NCBI GenBank assembly: GCA_963833225.1
Contig: CAWHXD010000007.1
Span: 320,001 to 384,000 of the forward strand
Direction of reading: 5' to 3'
DNA length: 64,000 nucleotides
Source of the DNA: an uncultured Chloroflexia bacterium
GTDB lineage: Bacteria > Chloroflexota > Limnocylindria > Limnocylindrales > CSP1-4
Shown here: one piece after another, positions 9,410 to 19,194 of the stretch
Layout: every line of letters begins with the position of its first letter
How positions within the stretch are numbered: the stretch's first letter is position 1
Program-made: the position numbers and the translations under genes
Notes under the pieces: model-generated
The model's input: the letters and a program-made list of their open reading frames with translations, nothing else
Database searches by the model: none
Told to the model about the DNA's origin: nothing

Positions 9410-10174
9410 ATGGCACCGCCGATGGCAAGCCTGCTGGAGCCGATCGACACCTCCGACCGCGAGGGCGCGTCGATCGAGATCAGTCGACGGCTCCTCGACT
9501 ACCTCCTGTCGGGCCGCGTGCAGCCTGGTGAGCGCCTGCCGGCGGAACGCAAGCTCGCGGAGATGTTCGGGGTCGGCCGCTCGGTCATCCGCGAGGCCCT
9601 CAAGTCGCTCACTCTCCTTGGACTTCTCGAGGTCCGCCTCGGCGATGGGACCTACGTGAAGCGCACCGACGCCGGGGTGCTTCCGCAGACCATCGACTGG
9701 GGCCTCGTGATCGGGACCGACCACGTGTACGACCTCGCGGAGGCGCGGCGGGGGCTCGAGGTGATCCTGGCGGGTCTCGCGGCCGAGCGCCGGGACAAGG
9801 CCGTCGTCGACGACCTCCATCTGCTGCTTGCGGCCGCAGAGCAAGGGCGCGGTGACGAGGTGCGCTTTCGCGCGGCCAAAGCGGCGATTCTCCGCCGCAT
9901 CGGCGACGTGGCCGACAACGAGGTGCTCAGCGCCGCCCTGAGGACCATCCGTTCGCTGCTCCAAGTCTGGTTGACGCGGCTGCCTCACACCGAGGCGCGG
10001 TCCTCAGCCTCGCTGGCTGCGCTCGAATCCACCGTCGATGCGATCGAGCGCGGCGATGGCGAGGGCGCCCGGACGGCGATGGCGAACTATGTTGACATCA
10101 TCAGCAGCGGGCTCATGGAGATCCTCCCCGAGAGGCCTATTGCAATGAGGGCGGGCGGAGCCGAGAACGGCTGA
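9410..10174 (+). CDS. FadR/GntR family transcriptional regulator 2
   Basis: PGERLPAERKLAEMFGVGRSVIREALKSL; paralog of the upstream regulator. Confidence 0.9.
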   Translation: MAPPMASLLEPIDTSDREGASIEISRRLLDYLLSGRVQPGERLPAERKLAEMFGVGRSVIREALKSLTLLGLLEVRLGDGTYVKRTDAGVLPQTIDWGLVIGTDHVYDLAEARRGLEVILAGLAAERRDKAVVDDLHLLLAAAEQGRGDEVRFRAAKAAILRRIGDVADNEVLSAALRTIRSLLQVWLTRLPHTEARSSASLAALESTVDAIERGDGEGARTAMANYVDIISSGLMEILPERPIAMRAGGAENG

Positions 10175-10199
10175 TGCTCAAGCGCGAGCAGGCCTGACG

Positions 10200-11312
10200 A
10201 TGCCCGACCTGTGGGGCGAGCCGGTGGCCCGCGAGGAGTTGCTGCGGCGTCTTGGGAGTCTGGACCAGCTCGCAGGCATCCGGCTCGCCACCCTTGGCGA
10301 CGCCCGCGAGCGCGGAGTCAGGGTGCTCGAAGTCCGCACCGGCCGGCTGTCCTTCGACATCCTGGTGGACCGGTCGTTCGACATCGGACGCTGCGACTAC
10401 GGCGGGCTCCCGATCGCGTGGGTCTCACCAGCGGGGATCATCGGCCCCTGGTATGCCGAGCAGACGGAGTGGGGGTGGCTGCGGACGTTCGGGGGAGGCC
10501 TCCTCGCGACCTGTGGACTTGACCATGCGCAAGGCCCGGGCGTTGACAACGTTCCGCACGCCTACGCACCAGATCTCGCGACCGAGTCGTATGGGCTCCA
10601 TGGACGCGTCGGCACCATCCCCGCCCGCCTGGCCGGGTATGGAACCCGCTGGGAGGATGATCGGTGCACGTTCTGGGCGGAAGGCGAGGTCAGCCAGGTC
10701 GCGTTCTACGGTGAGCGGCTGGTGCTCCGACGCCGGATTGAGGCGGACCTTGGCGGGACGCGGATCCGGATCCGCGACGAGGTTGAGAATGTCGGCTTCA
10801 TGCCCTGGACCCATATGCAGCTGTACCACTGCAACATCGGATGGCCGATCGTAGACGAGGGTGCGGAGCTCCTGCTGCCCGCCACGACGGTCCGGGAGAT
10901 CCACGATGACCCGCCCGGCGAGTACCGGCGAGTTGGCGCTCCCGAGCGTGGCGGCGTGGAGCGTGTCTACGAGCATGACCTGGCGGCCGGAGCGGACGGC
11001 GGCGTGAGCGTTGCCGTCCTCAACCGGGCGCGGCGCCTCGGCTTCGTCCAGCGCTTCCGCCGGGATCAGCTTCCCATCCACAACCTGTGGCGGATGCCAG
11101 CAGAGGGCTTCTATGCCCTGGGGCTGGAACCGGCGACAAACCGCGATGCGGGTCGGTGGGATGCGCGCGCTCGGGCGGAGCTCCTCATGCTTGACCCAGG
11201 CGAGATCCGGCGCTACGACCTCGGATTCGAGGTGATCGAGGGAGACTCCGAGCTCGACGCCGTAGCCCAGGAGATCGCCGCGCAGGCAAGCGAGGCCGCG
11301 CCCCGCTCCTAG
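10200..11312 (+). CDS. Aldose 1-epimerase family / DUF4432 protein
   Basis: LVDRSFDIG, WLRTFGGGLLATCGL, LHGR, LYHCNIGWP, YALGLEP. Confidence 0.85.
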   Translation: MPDLWGEPVAREELLRRLGSLDQLAGIRLATLGDARERGVRVLEVRTGRLSFDILVDRSFDIGRCDYGGLPIAWVSPAGIIGPWYAEQTEWGWLRTFGGGLLATCGLDHAQGPGVDNVPHAYAPDLATESYGLHGRVGTIPARLAGYGTRWEDDRCTFWAEGEVSQVAFYGERLVLRRRIEADLGGTRIRIRDEVENVGFMPWTHMQLYHCNIGWPIVDEGAELLLPATTVREIHDDPPGEYRRVGAPERGGVERVYEHDLAAGADGGVSVAVLNRARRLGFVQRFRRDQLPIHNLWRMPAEGFYALGLEPATNRDAGRWDARARAELLMLDPGEIRRYDLGFEVIEGDSELDAVAQEIAAQASEAAPRS

Positions 11313-11423
11313 TGTGGCGCAAGCGGAAGTCCGGTGAGCCTGGTCATCAAGGACGGGCGATGACGACCGACGTCGGCTGACGCCCATCGACACCCCGAGT
11401 CGACCGATGGCGCCGGATTCGCA

Positions 11424-11452
11424 TTGACTTTGCCCACCGCGTCGGATACGGT
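11424..11452 (+). promoter_or_regulatory. Sigma70-type promoter TTGACT-N17-TACGGT for the sugar ABC operon
   Basis: Consensus match directly upstream of an operator. Confidence 0.65.
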
Positions 11453-11459
11453 GATGGAG

Positions 11460-11479
11460 TTGGTCCACCGGTGTACCAA
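11460..11479. promoter_or_regulatory. Island operator type A (TTGGTCCACCGGTGTACCAA)
   Basis: Near-perfect palindrome at the expected transcription start. Confidence 0.8.
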
Positions 11480-11625
11480 TCACCTGCTGCCATCTCCGCA
11501 GGGAGGTAGCTCATCGCGCTGATCACCGTGCTCGAGGTCGTGTCTTCGAGTGGGCCAATTGGGCCCGACGAGGAGGCGAACCACCAGGAAGTGGCGTCCC
11601 ACGCGTTCCAGAGGAGACAGTTGGA

Positions 11626-12768
11626 ATGGCCAACGAAGAGAACGTCGGGAAACTGGAAGAGCAGTTTCTCAAGGGGGCGATCACGCGCCGCCAGTTCGTG
11701 AACCGCGCCATCATTGCCGGCGCGTCGCTGTCCGTGGTGGGCTCGATCGTGGCCGCATGCGATGCGGCAACGGCGACCGCCGCGCCCGGCGGGGCCGCCT
11801 CGGCAGGTGCGGAGCCGACGGGAGCTGCAGCCGCATCCGGGTCGTGCGGGGCGGTCTCGATCTTGGGGAACAAGAAGCCCCAGTTCGGGTGGGCGATCGG
11901 GCTGAGCGACAATCCGATCATCACCACGATGCAGAAGACGATGCTCTCCTTTGCTGGCGAGATGGGCTGGGAGCCGCAGTGGGACTCCGGCACCAATGCC
12001 AACATCCAGCAGATGATCCCGGCTGTCCAGGCTTGGATCACCGCGGGCGTACCCGTGCTGTTCGTCGCGGCCTTCGAGCCCAGCGCGTTCGTCCCGCTCA
12101 TGGAACAGGCACACGAGAAAGGCCTCGCGTGGGTCACCTACGTCAGCCCCATGGACGGTGAAGACGCCGAGGTCGCCTTCCCGCCGTGCAACGCGGCCGA
12201 ACTGATTGCTGAAGCGACCGTCAAGTGGATCAAGGAGAACAACCCGACCGCGAAGGTCCTCATCACGTCGTCGCCCCGCCAGCCGCTTGTCGCTTGCAAG
12301 TGGGAGCGTGTGCAGCAGGTCATCGAGGAGCAGACGGAGGCAGAGGTCGTCGCCGTGCTGGAGGGCAATACTCGCGCCCTCGCCCTTCAGGTCACGCAGG
12401 CTCAACTGCAGGCTCACCCCGACCTCAGTGTCGTGATCGGCACCAACGATGACGCCGCGATGGGCGCGGTGTCCGCGTTCGAGGCGGTCGGGGCGCCGAA
12501 GGACAAGATCTGTGTCGCGGGCTTTGACGGCGCCGAAGACGCGATGCGCGAGCTCAAGGGCGGCGGCTACATGAAGTTCGACGCGGCCCTGAACCTGAAG
12601 CGACTCGCCCAGAAGATGGTCATGGGAGCCATGTACCTCGGCAAGACGGGCCGTCCCGGTCTGCAGCCGTCCGGGGAACCGTTGGTCTTCGTTGAGGAGC
12701 CGATCCTCGTGTACAAGGACTCGCCGGAGCTGGACGACATCATCGCGTTCTACAATTCCGCCAAGTAG
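11626..12768 (+). CDS. Sugar ABC transporter substrate-binding protein (Tat lipoprotein, RbsB-like)
   Basis: ITRRQF twin-Arg motif, IVAAC lipobox, LQAHPDL..V...NDDAAMGA, VAGFDG. Confidence 0.9.
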   Translation: MANEENVGKLEEQFLKGAITRRQFVNRAIIAGASLSVVGSIVAACDAATATAAPGGAASAGAEPTGAAAASGSCGAVSILGNKKPQFGWAIGLSDNPIITTMQKTMLSFAGEMGWEPQWDSGTNANIQQMIPAVQAWITAGVPVLFVAAFEPSAFVPLMEQAHEKGLAWVTYVSPMDGEDAEVAFPPCNAAELIAEATVKWIKENNPTAKVLITSSPRQPLVACKWERVQQVIEEQTEAEVVAVLEGNTRALALQVTQAQLQAHPDLSVVIGTNDDAAMGAVSAFEAVGAPKDKICVAGFDGAEDAMRELKGGGYMKFDAALNLKRLAQKMVMGAMYLGKTGRPGLQPSGEPLVFVEEPILVYKDSPELDDIIAFYNSAK

Positions 12769-12794
12769 ACGCTGCCCAGACCAGTGTTCGATCA

Positions 12795-14345
12795 GTGACA
12801 GAAGTAGCGCTGGCAGCCAAGGGCCTCAGCAAGGCCTACGGCGCAAAGCGTGTCCTTGAGGGTGTGGACCTGGTGGTCGAGACCGGCCAGATCCACGCCC
12901 TTCTGGGGCCGAATGGATCCGGGAAGTCCACCCTGATCCGTTGCCTGAGCGGTGCCATCGCCCCGGACTCCGGGATCATCGAGGTTGGGGGCGTTGAGCA
13001 CCGCGAGTTTGCCCCTCGGGCCGCGATCGCGGCGGGGACATCGGTCATCTACCAGCACTTCAGCCTGGTGCCGAACCTCTCCGTCGCCGACAACGTCTTC
13101 CTGGGGGACGAGCGCCGAACGGGCTTGAGAATCGACCACGCCAAGCAGGACGCGGAGACGGCGCGACTCCTCGAGCAGTTCGGGCGCTCAATCCGGCCGA
13201 GGACGCTGGTCAGCTCCCTCAGCGTCGGTGATCGACAGCTCGTCGAAATCGCGAAGGCTCTCCACCGCAACCCGAAGCTGATCGTCCTCGACGAGCCAAC
13301 CGCAGCGCTGGGCGAGCAGGAGTCGAAACAGCTCCTCAACCATTTGCGCGGCCTTCGCGATGCCGGCCTTGCGATCCTCTTCGTCACCCACATCATCAGC
13401 GAGGTGTTCGCGCTCGCAGATCGGGTCACCGTCCTCCGAGACGGGCATGTCGTGCTCTCCGACGAAGTCTCGCGCGTCAACCCAGCTCAGGTCATCGCAG
13501 CGATCTCACCGGGTTCGTCCGCCGAGGGCAGGACCGATCGTGCGCCACTTGCCGACGACGAGGGAGCCGTCCTCGAACTTGACGACGTTGAGGTCGACGG
13601 CGTTGGACCCTTGAGCCTCAACGTTCGGACAGGTGAAATCATTGCCGTATTCGGTTTGCTCGGATCGGGCCGAACTGAGCTTGTCGAAGGCATCTACGGT
13701 GTGCGTCCCATCCAGCGAGGCGAGCTTCGGGTGCGCGGACGCCCCTACAAGGCGACATCGCCGCGAGCTGCGGTTCGGGCAGGGATCGTGCTGGTCGCGG
13801 GCGACCGCATTCGCCAGAGCATCTTCGACAAGCTGTCAGCCGCGGACAACCTGCTGTTGCCGCACTTCGGCGGACTCAGTCGCTGGTTTGTGCGCCGACC
13901 ACGAATGGAACGCAAGGTGTTCCGCGACACGGGGGACCTTGTCCACCTCCAGCCCAACGACCCGCGCGTGCTGGCTTGGGCCCTCTCGGGGGGGAACCAG
14001 CAGAAGGTTGCGGTGGGCCGCTGGCTGGCAGCCATCGAGGATGTGGTGGTGCTCCTGCTTGACGAGCCGACGCAGGGTATCGATGTTGGCGCCCGCCGGG
14101 ACCTGTACGAGCTTCTGCGCCGACTGGCGCACGCCGACGGCAAGGCAATCGTATTCACATCATCCGATCCCGAGGAGACGCTCGCACTGGCAGACCGGGT
14201 TCTCATCCTCCGGCACGGCAGAATCGTTGCCGAACTGCCGCGAGGCGAGTGCACTGAGCAGTTGATCCTCTCCATCGCCCATGGTGCCGAGAACATGACC
14301 GACGCCGTCATGTCCCCGTCGGCCGTGCAGGAGCCTATTACGTGA
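12795..14345 (+). CDS. Sugar ABC transporter ATP-binding protein (two NBDs)
   Basis: GPNGSGKST, LDEPTAAL, LSGGNQQKV, LDEPTQGIDVGA. Confidence 0.93.
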   Translation: MTEVALAAKGLSKAYGAKRVLEGVDLVVETGQIHALLGPNGSGKSTLIRCLSGAIAPDSGIIEVGGVEHREFAPRAAIAAGTSVIYQHFSLVPNLSVADNVFLGDERRTGLRIDHAKQDAETARLLEQFGRSIRPRTLVSSLSVGDRQLVEIAKALHRNPKLIVLDEPTAALGEQESKQLLNHLRGLRDAGLAILFVTHIISEVFALADRVTVLRDGHVVLSDEVSRVNPAQVIAAISPGSSAEGRTDRAPLADDEGAVLELDDVEVDGVGPLSLNVRTGEIIAVFGLLGSGRTELVEGIYGVRPIQRGELRVRGRPYKATSPRAAVRAGIVLVAGDRIRQSIFDKLSAADNLLLPHFGGLSRWFVRRPRMERKVFRDTGDLVHLQPNDPRVLAWALSGGNQQKVAVGRWLAAIEDVVVLLLDEPTQGIDVGARRDLYELLRRLAHADGKAIVFTSSDPEETLALADRVLILRHGRIVAELPRGECTEQLILSIAHGAENMTDAVMSPSAVQEPIT

Positions 14346-15376
14346 CATCAGAAGCTGCCAGCACCGAAGCCCCGCCCGCCCAGGATCAGGGTTCAGAAGC
14401 CGGTGGGAGGGCGGCCGGTAGGACCGTTCTCCTGCTCGCCATGCGCAACGCGCTCCCGGTCGGGTTCGTGCTGCTCATCGCGCTGTTCGTCGGCCTCGGC
14501 GCCCCCAACTTCCTCACGATTCCAAACTTCAGTGACATTCTCCGCCTGAGCGCCCCCATCATGGTCGTGGCGATTCCGATGGCGTTCCTGTTGATCATGG
14601 GCCACGTTGACCTTTCCGTCGGGTCCACAATTGCCCTCACGGCCGTCGTGCTGGGAATGCTCATGCGCGACTGGGGCGTACACCCGCTGTTCGCGACGTT
14701 CGCCGCGATCGGCGTCGGTGCTCTCGTGGGCCTCGCCAACGGCGTCCTGGTGACCCGGGTGGGATTGTCGCCCATCATCGTGACCCTCGGCAGCCTCACC
14801 GCGATCCGCGGCTTCGCGATGTGGCTGGCCCCGTTCCCGGTGTTTGGCTTTCCTGCCGACTTCGTCCAGCTCAGCTACACGGGCGTGTTCGGCATCCCCT
14901 TCCTCGTGGTCGGTGCCGCGATCGTGGTGGCCATTGGGGCATTCCTGCTGGCGTTGTCGGCCGTGGGGCGGCACGCCCTGGCCATCGGCGTGAACGAAGA
15001 GGCGGCCTTCCTGTCGGGCATCAGCGTCAAACGCACCGTCCTCATCGCGTATGTGGCCACGGCTGCCATGGCCGGATTCGCGGGCGCGATGTGGGCCTCG
15101 CTCCTCAACAGCGCGCCGGCCGGCTCGCTCGGAGTCGGCACCGAGCTCAGCGTCCTGACGGCCGTCTTGCTTGGCGGCGTGTCGTTCAATGGTGGCCGGG
15201 GCACCATCCGTGGGGTGGTCCTGGGCGTCCTGTTCCTCGCCGTCCTGCAGAACGGCCTGACCCTCATGAACGTCGCTGCCGCAGCGGCAGGCATTGTCCA
15301 GGGACTGGCGCTCGTCGTCGCCGCGGGCCTCGACCTGGCCACGCAGAAAGCGGAGTCCCGCATCAAGGGGCGCTGA
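14342..15376 (+). CDS. Sugar ABC transporter permease (RbsC-like)
   Basis: VDLSVGS, IIVTLG, AIGVNEEAA.LSGI, ELSVLTAVLLGGVS..GGRG. Confidence 0.93.
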   Translation: MTSEAASTEAPPAQDQGSEAGGRAAGRTVLLLAMRNALPVGFVLLIALFVGLGAPNFLTIPNFSDILRLSAPIMVVAIPMAFLLIMGHVDLSVGSTIALTAVVLGMLMRDWGVHPLFATFAAIGVGALVGLANGVLVTRVGLSPIIVTLGSLTAIRGFAMWLAPFPVFGFPADFVQLSYTGVFGIPFLVVGAAIVVAIGAFLLALSAVGRHALAIGVNEEAAFLSGISVKRTVLIAYVATAAMAGFAGAMWASLLNSAPAGSLGVGTELSVLTAVLLGGVSFNGGRGTIRGVVLGVLFLAVLQNGLTLMNVAAAAAGIVQGLALVVAAGLDLATQKAESRIKGR

Positions 15377-15452
15377 GAATGGCGGTGATCGCGCTGCGTG
15401 GGGTGATGTCAATGGAGCGCGGTCGGACGGGCAGTCGCCGGGCGGGCTGACC

Positions 15453-15725
15453 ATGAGCCGGACAGCAGAAGGCAGGCGGCCAGTCGGCACGTGGGGATCC
15501 GGTCGGGCGGTCACGTGCCTGGTGGGGATCGGGCTCGCGTCCGCTCTGCTGGTGGGTTGTACCGACGGCTCTGGCGGCGCGGGCGCCGAGACACCCAACT
15601 TCCCGATCGAAGTCTTCGAAGGCCCGTGTCGTGCCTCAACCTGTGTCGTTGCGTCGCCCCCTCCGACGACACGGGCCGTGCCCGTCCAGCCCAGCGGATC
15701 GCCTGTCCCGCTCAAGCCGAAGTGA
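15453..15725 (+). CDS. Small putative lipoprotein (90 aa)
   Basis: Hydrophobic stretch plus LLVGC lipobox; Pro-rich tail; fills the operon gap. Confidence 0.45.
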   Translation: MSRTAEGRRPVGTWGSGRAVTCLVGIGLASALLVGCTDGSGGAGAETPNFPIEVFEGPCRASTCVVASPPPTTRAVPVQPSGSPVPLKPK

Positions 15726-15765
15726 CCGTTCGAGGTTCGTCCAGCAGAAAGGCGCGCGGTGAATC

Positions 15766-18042
15766 ATGACCAGCAACCCGGACCGGATGTCAGATGCCCG
15801 GGGCGTCGAGTTGTATGGCTACGCGGACCGGATCTCGGCCCGCCCCGGGGACCGCATCACGCTGATGACCAGCACGAGTGCGCGTTTGATCCAGGCAGAT
15901 GTGCTCCGCTTCCTCGACGGGAGTCCAGATCCGCCGACTGCTCCCGCGCGCAGCGAGATCGTGCCCGGGCTCCGCACGGAATCCGCCGGACGTCGCCAAG
16001 GGGCACCCGTTGGGTCGAGGGCGGATCTGCCACTCCCACAGGGCTGGGACTCGGCCGGGGAGGCCACGTTGCGTGCTTGGCTGTTCGCCACGACCCCGCG
16101 TGACGGCCGCCGACAGGTCGTCGCCGCCCTCGGCGACCCGCTTGCCGAGTTACCTGAGCTGGCCGTTGCGCTTGTTGACGGGCACCTGGCGGTTGAGTCG
16201 CGCGGCACTCGCGTGGTGATGACGCAGGACCGGCTCCACCTCCGCACGTGGTACGGCATCGCGGTGCTCGTCCGTGGGCGCCAAGTTTCTCTCGTGATCA
16301 CGTCGGCGCTGGGACGGTGGTTCACCGCCGCTCACGAAGAGCGCGTCAATGGGGAGTTGGCGGCCCCGCTTGGTGGTGCGACCCTGCTACGACTCGCCGC
16401 GTGGCGTGCGGACGGCCCGTCCGAGACGCTGAATGGGAAGATCGCAGCGCCCGCGATCTCATCGGCGATCGTGAAGGACCCCATCCAGATGCTGCGTCGA
16501 GAGGCGAGCATGCCGGAACCCCTGGTCGCCGAGTGGAATCTCACCGAGGACGCCGGATCCGAACGGGTCATCGCCCCGGCCGGCGTCGCCGACGGCCGGC
16601 TGATCAATGCACCAACGCGTGCGATGACGGGGCCGTTCTGGTCCGCGCAAGAAGGGGCTGGGGGCCTGACCCGGAATCACGATGCGATCCACTTCCATAC
16701 GGACGACGTTGGCGATCTCCAGTGGACGCCGACGATGGCCCTCGACTTGCCCGATGATCTACGGTCCGGCATCTATGCCGTGCGGCTGCGAGCCGACGAC
16801 GAGGAGATGCACGTTCCATTCACGGTGACGCAGGCGGTCGAGCACGCCGATGTGGCCTTTCTCGTCCCGACGAACACCTACCTGGCCTACGCCAACCATC
16901 GCATGTTCAATGGCATGGGAACGCCGGAATTCTTTGCCTTGACCGCAGGCCACCCGGTCGTTGCCAGCGACCGCGACAAGCTCGTCCTGACCGAGTCGCA
17001 GCTGGGGCGATCACTGTACGACCTGCACGATGACGGCAGCGGAGTCTGCCTCGTTTCCTGGCACCGTCCGCTCATCAACCTGGAGCCGGCCGCGCGGGAC
17101 TTTCTCAACGCCGGCCCGCGGCACTTTGCGGCCGACTTGTACATCATCGGCTGGCTCGAGAGCACCGGATTGGACTACGCCTGCCTGACCGACGAAGACC
17201 TGCATCGGGACGGAGTGGCGGCGCTCCGTCCGTTCCGGACGCTGGTCACCGGCTCGCACCCGGAGTACTGGTCGCGGCAGATGATCGAGGGTCTCCAGCA
17301 GTACCTGCTTTCGGGCGGAAAGGTCATGTACCTGGGCGGAAACGGCTTCTACTGGGTGACCAGCTTCGCGCCTGATCTCTCCTCGATCGAGGTGCGGCGC
17401 GGCTTGGCCGGGTCGCGGGCCTGGAGCGGCGAGCCGGGCGAGTCCGTGCACGCAACCACGGCAGAGCCTGGTGGCCTCTGGCGCACCGCGGGCATCTGCC
17501 CACAGTCCATCGTCGGGGTGGGCATGGCAGCTCAGGGCTGGGGCGGCGGAGTCGGGTATCGTCGACTGCCGGACTCGCACGACCCCAGGGTCACCCAATT
17601 CTTCGATGGGATCGGGGATGATGAGGTTATCGGCAACTTCGGCTACTCCTTGTGCGGTGCCGCAGGGGACGAGGTGGATCGAATCGACTACGCGCTTGGC
17701 ACGCCCCCGCACGCCCTCCACCTCGCGACCTCCGAAACGTTGCCTGATCAGTACCAACTGACCGTCGAGGAGGTTCGCAACAACTACCCGGCGTACGGCG
17801 GCACGGTTTGCGACCAGGTTCGAAGCGACCTCGTGTGGTTCGACCTCCCCGGCGGCGGCGAAGTGTTCTCCGTCGGGTCGGTGAACTGGGCCGCGTCGCT
17901 CGGCTGGGACGCGGGCAGGAACAACGTGAACGTGCTCACGACGAATGTGCTACGCACCATGCTCGCTCGAGATCTGGTCGCTGAAAGATCGACACCTGTC
18001 GGTGCGTCGCGTGGCCCTGGCAGTGAGGGGGCGGCCAGGTGA
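15766..18042 (+). CDS. N,N-dimethylformamidase beta (large) subunit family protein
   Basis: GYADRISARPGD, AIHFHTDD, PTNTYLAYAN, GRSLYDLH.DGSG, GSHPEYWS, YLGGNGFYW, GAAGDEVD, VFSVGS. Confidence 0.88.
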   Translation: MTSNPDRMSDARGVELYGYADRISARPGDRITLMTSTSARLIQADVLRFLDGSPDPPTAPARSEIVPGLRTESAGRRQGAPVGSRADLPLPQGWDSAGEATLRAWLFATTPRDGRRQVVAALGDPLAELPELAVALVDGHLAVESRGTRVVMTQDRLHLRTWYGIAVLVRGRQVSLVITSALGRWFTAAHEERVNGELAAPLGGATLLRLAAWRADGPSETLNGKIAAPAISSAIVKDPIQMLRREASMPEPLVAEWNLTEDAGSERVIAPAGVADGRLINAPTRAMTGPFWSAQEGAGGLTRNHDAIHFHTDDVGDLQWTPTMALDLPDDLRSGIYAVRLRADDEEMHVPFTVTQAVEHADVAFLVPTNTYLAYANHRMFNGMGTPEFFALTAGHPVVASDRDKLVLTESQLGRSLYDLHDDGSGVCLVSWHRPLINLEPAARDFLNAGPRHFAADLYIIGWLESTGLDYACLTDEDLHRDGVAALRPFRTLVTGSHPEYWSRQMIEGLQQYLLSGGKVMYLGGNGFYWVTSFAPDLSSIEVRRGLAGSRAWSGEPGESVHATTAEPGGLWRTAGICPQSIVGVGMAAQGWGGGVGYRRLPDSHDPRVTQFFDGIGDDEVIGNFGYSLCGAAGDEVDRIDYALGTPPHALHLATSETLPDQYQLTVEEVRNNYPAYGGTVCDQVRSDLVWFDLPGGGEVFSVGSVNWAASLGWDAGRNNVNVLTTNVLRTMLARDLVAERSTPVGASRGPGSEGAAR

Positions 18043-18809
18043 GCGGCCGGCTCGCGGGTCGACGAGCTCTCATCACCGGAGCGGGGTCTGGGATCGGCGA
18101 GGCCACAGCGCTCCAGCTTGCCCGCGAAGGAGCACGGGTCGGCCTTGTCGGTCGCACCGCCTCGAAGCTCGAAGCGGTGGCCGCTGCAGTCACGTCAAGC
18201 GGCGGCACGGCGCTCGCCCTGCCGGCGGACGTGCGAGACGAGACGGCGATCGCGGCTGCGGTCACCCGTGTCGTAGATGCCTGGGGCGGGCTCGACGCGT
18301 GCGTCGCGGTCGCCGGGATCGAGCCCTGGGACTCGGGTGATGCGGCGGTCGACCGGCTGGACCTCGACGTGTGGCGCGAGGTCATCGACGTGAACCTGAC
18401 CGGGATGTTCCTGACCTGTAAGCACGCCGTTCGCGCGATGCTCGCCTCGGACGGTGGGGTGCTCGTCGTGACCGGCTCACCGACAGGCCTGTACGGGAGC
18501 GCACTCGGGCAGCACGCCTACAGCGCGAGCAAGGCGGGCTGCCATGGCCTCGCGCGCGTGATGGCGAACGAATACGCCGGCCGGGGCATCCGGGTCAATT
18601 GCGTGATCCCGGGCTTCATCGACACGCCGATCACGAGGGGTGTCTTCCGGGACCCCGCCTGGCTCCAGCGGCTGACCGCGACCATTCCCGTGGGGCGGGC
18701 GGGGGATCCGGCGGAGGTGGCGGCCCTCAACGCCTGGCTGTGCTCGGACGAAGCGTCCTACGTCGTGGGCGCTCAGATGATCGTCGACGGTGGCATGACG
18801 GCCGTCTGA
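18039..18809 (+). CDS. SDR family oxidoreductase
   Basis: TGAGSGIG, YSASK, IRVNCVIPG.IDTP. Confidence 0.93.
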   Translation: MSGRLAGRRALITGAGSGIGEATALQLAREGARVGLVGRTASKLEAVAAAVTSSGGTALALPADVRDETAIAAAVTRVVDAWGGLDACVAVAGIEPWDSGDAAVDRLDLDVWREVIDVNLTGMFLTCKHAVRAMLASDGGVLVVTGSPTGLYGSALGQHAYSASKAGCHGLARVMANEYAGRGIRVNCVIPGFIDTPITRGVFRDPAWLQRLTATIPVGRAGDPAEVAALNAWLCSDEASYVVGAQMIVDGGMTAV

Positions 18810-18982
18810 CCGGGCCAACGTCAGCACCGGCCACGCGTTGGGGCCTGCCGCCATCGGTCAGCCCGCGCCCGATGTGGTGATCGGGCGACAGGGCGGCGAG
18901 CCTGGTCAAGAAGAGGCTGACGACGGCGTCGGCCGATGCCCGTGCACCTCTCGGCGGTGACCGAGACCGTGGGTTTTTTCCG

Positions 18983-19012
18983 TTGACACCCTCCCTGGGC
19001 CGGGGGTACTGT
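18983..19012 (+). promoter_or_regulatory. Sigma70-type promoter TTGACA-N18-TACTGT
   Basis: Consensus match upstream of an operator. Confidence 0.65.
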
Positions 19013-19021
19013 GTCGGCAGG

Positions 19022-19041
19022 TTGGTCGACCGGTGCACCAA
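19022..19041. promoter_or_regulatory. Island operator type A (TTGGTCGACCGGTGCACCAA)
   Basis: Near-perfect palindrome immediately after the promoter. Confidence 0.8.
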
Positions 19042-19068
19042 TCTCGCGGCGCCCGGTCGCCGGATGAA

Positions 19069-19182
19069 ATGGGTCTCGAACCGATCATTCCTGGCATTGG
19101 CGTCCGCAGCGGCAGGGTCATGACCGTCCTGGGGCCTATCCCGGTGGAGGATCTGGATGCGACCTCGACGGCGATGAGCTAG
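19069..19182 (+). pseudogene. 37-aa remnant of a phosphotriesterase-family gene
   Basis: MGLEPIIPGIGVRSGRVMTVLGPIPVEDLDATSTAMS* aligns to the N-terminus of 33030-34115 (PGIGVDSGTVMTVTGPIPVEDLG). Confidence 0.75.
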
Positions 19183-19194
19183 AGGACCCGACAG

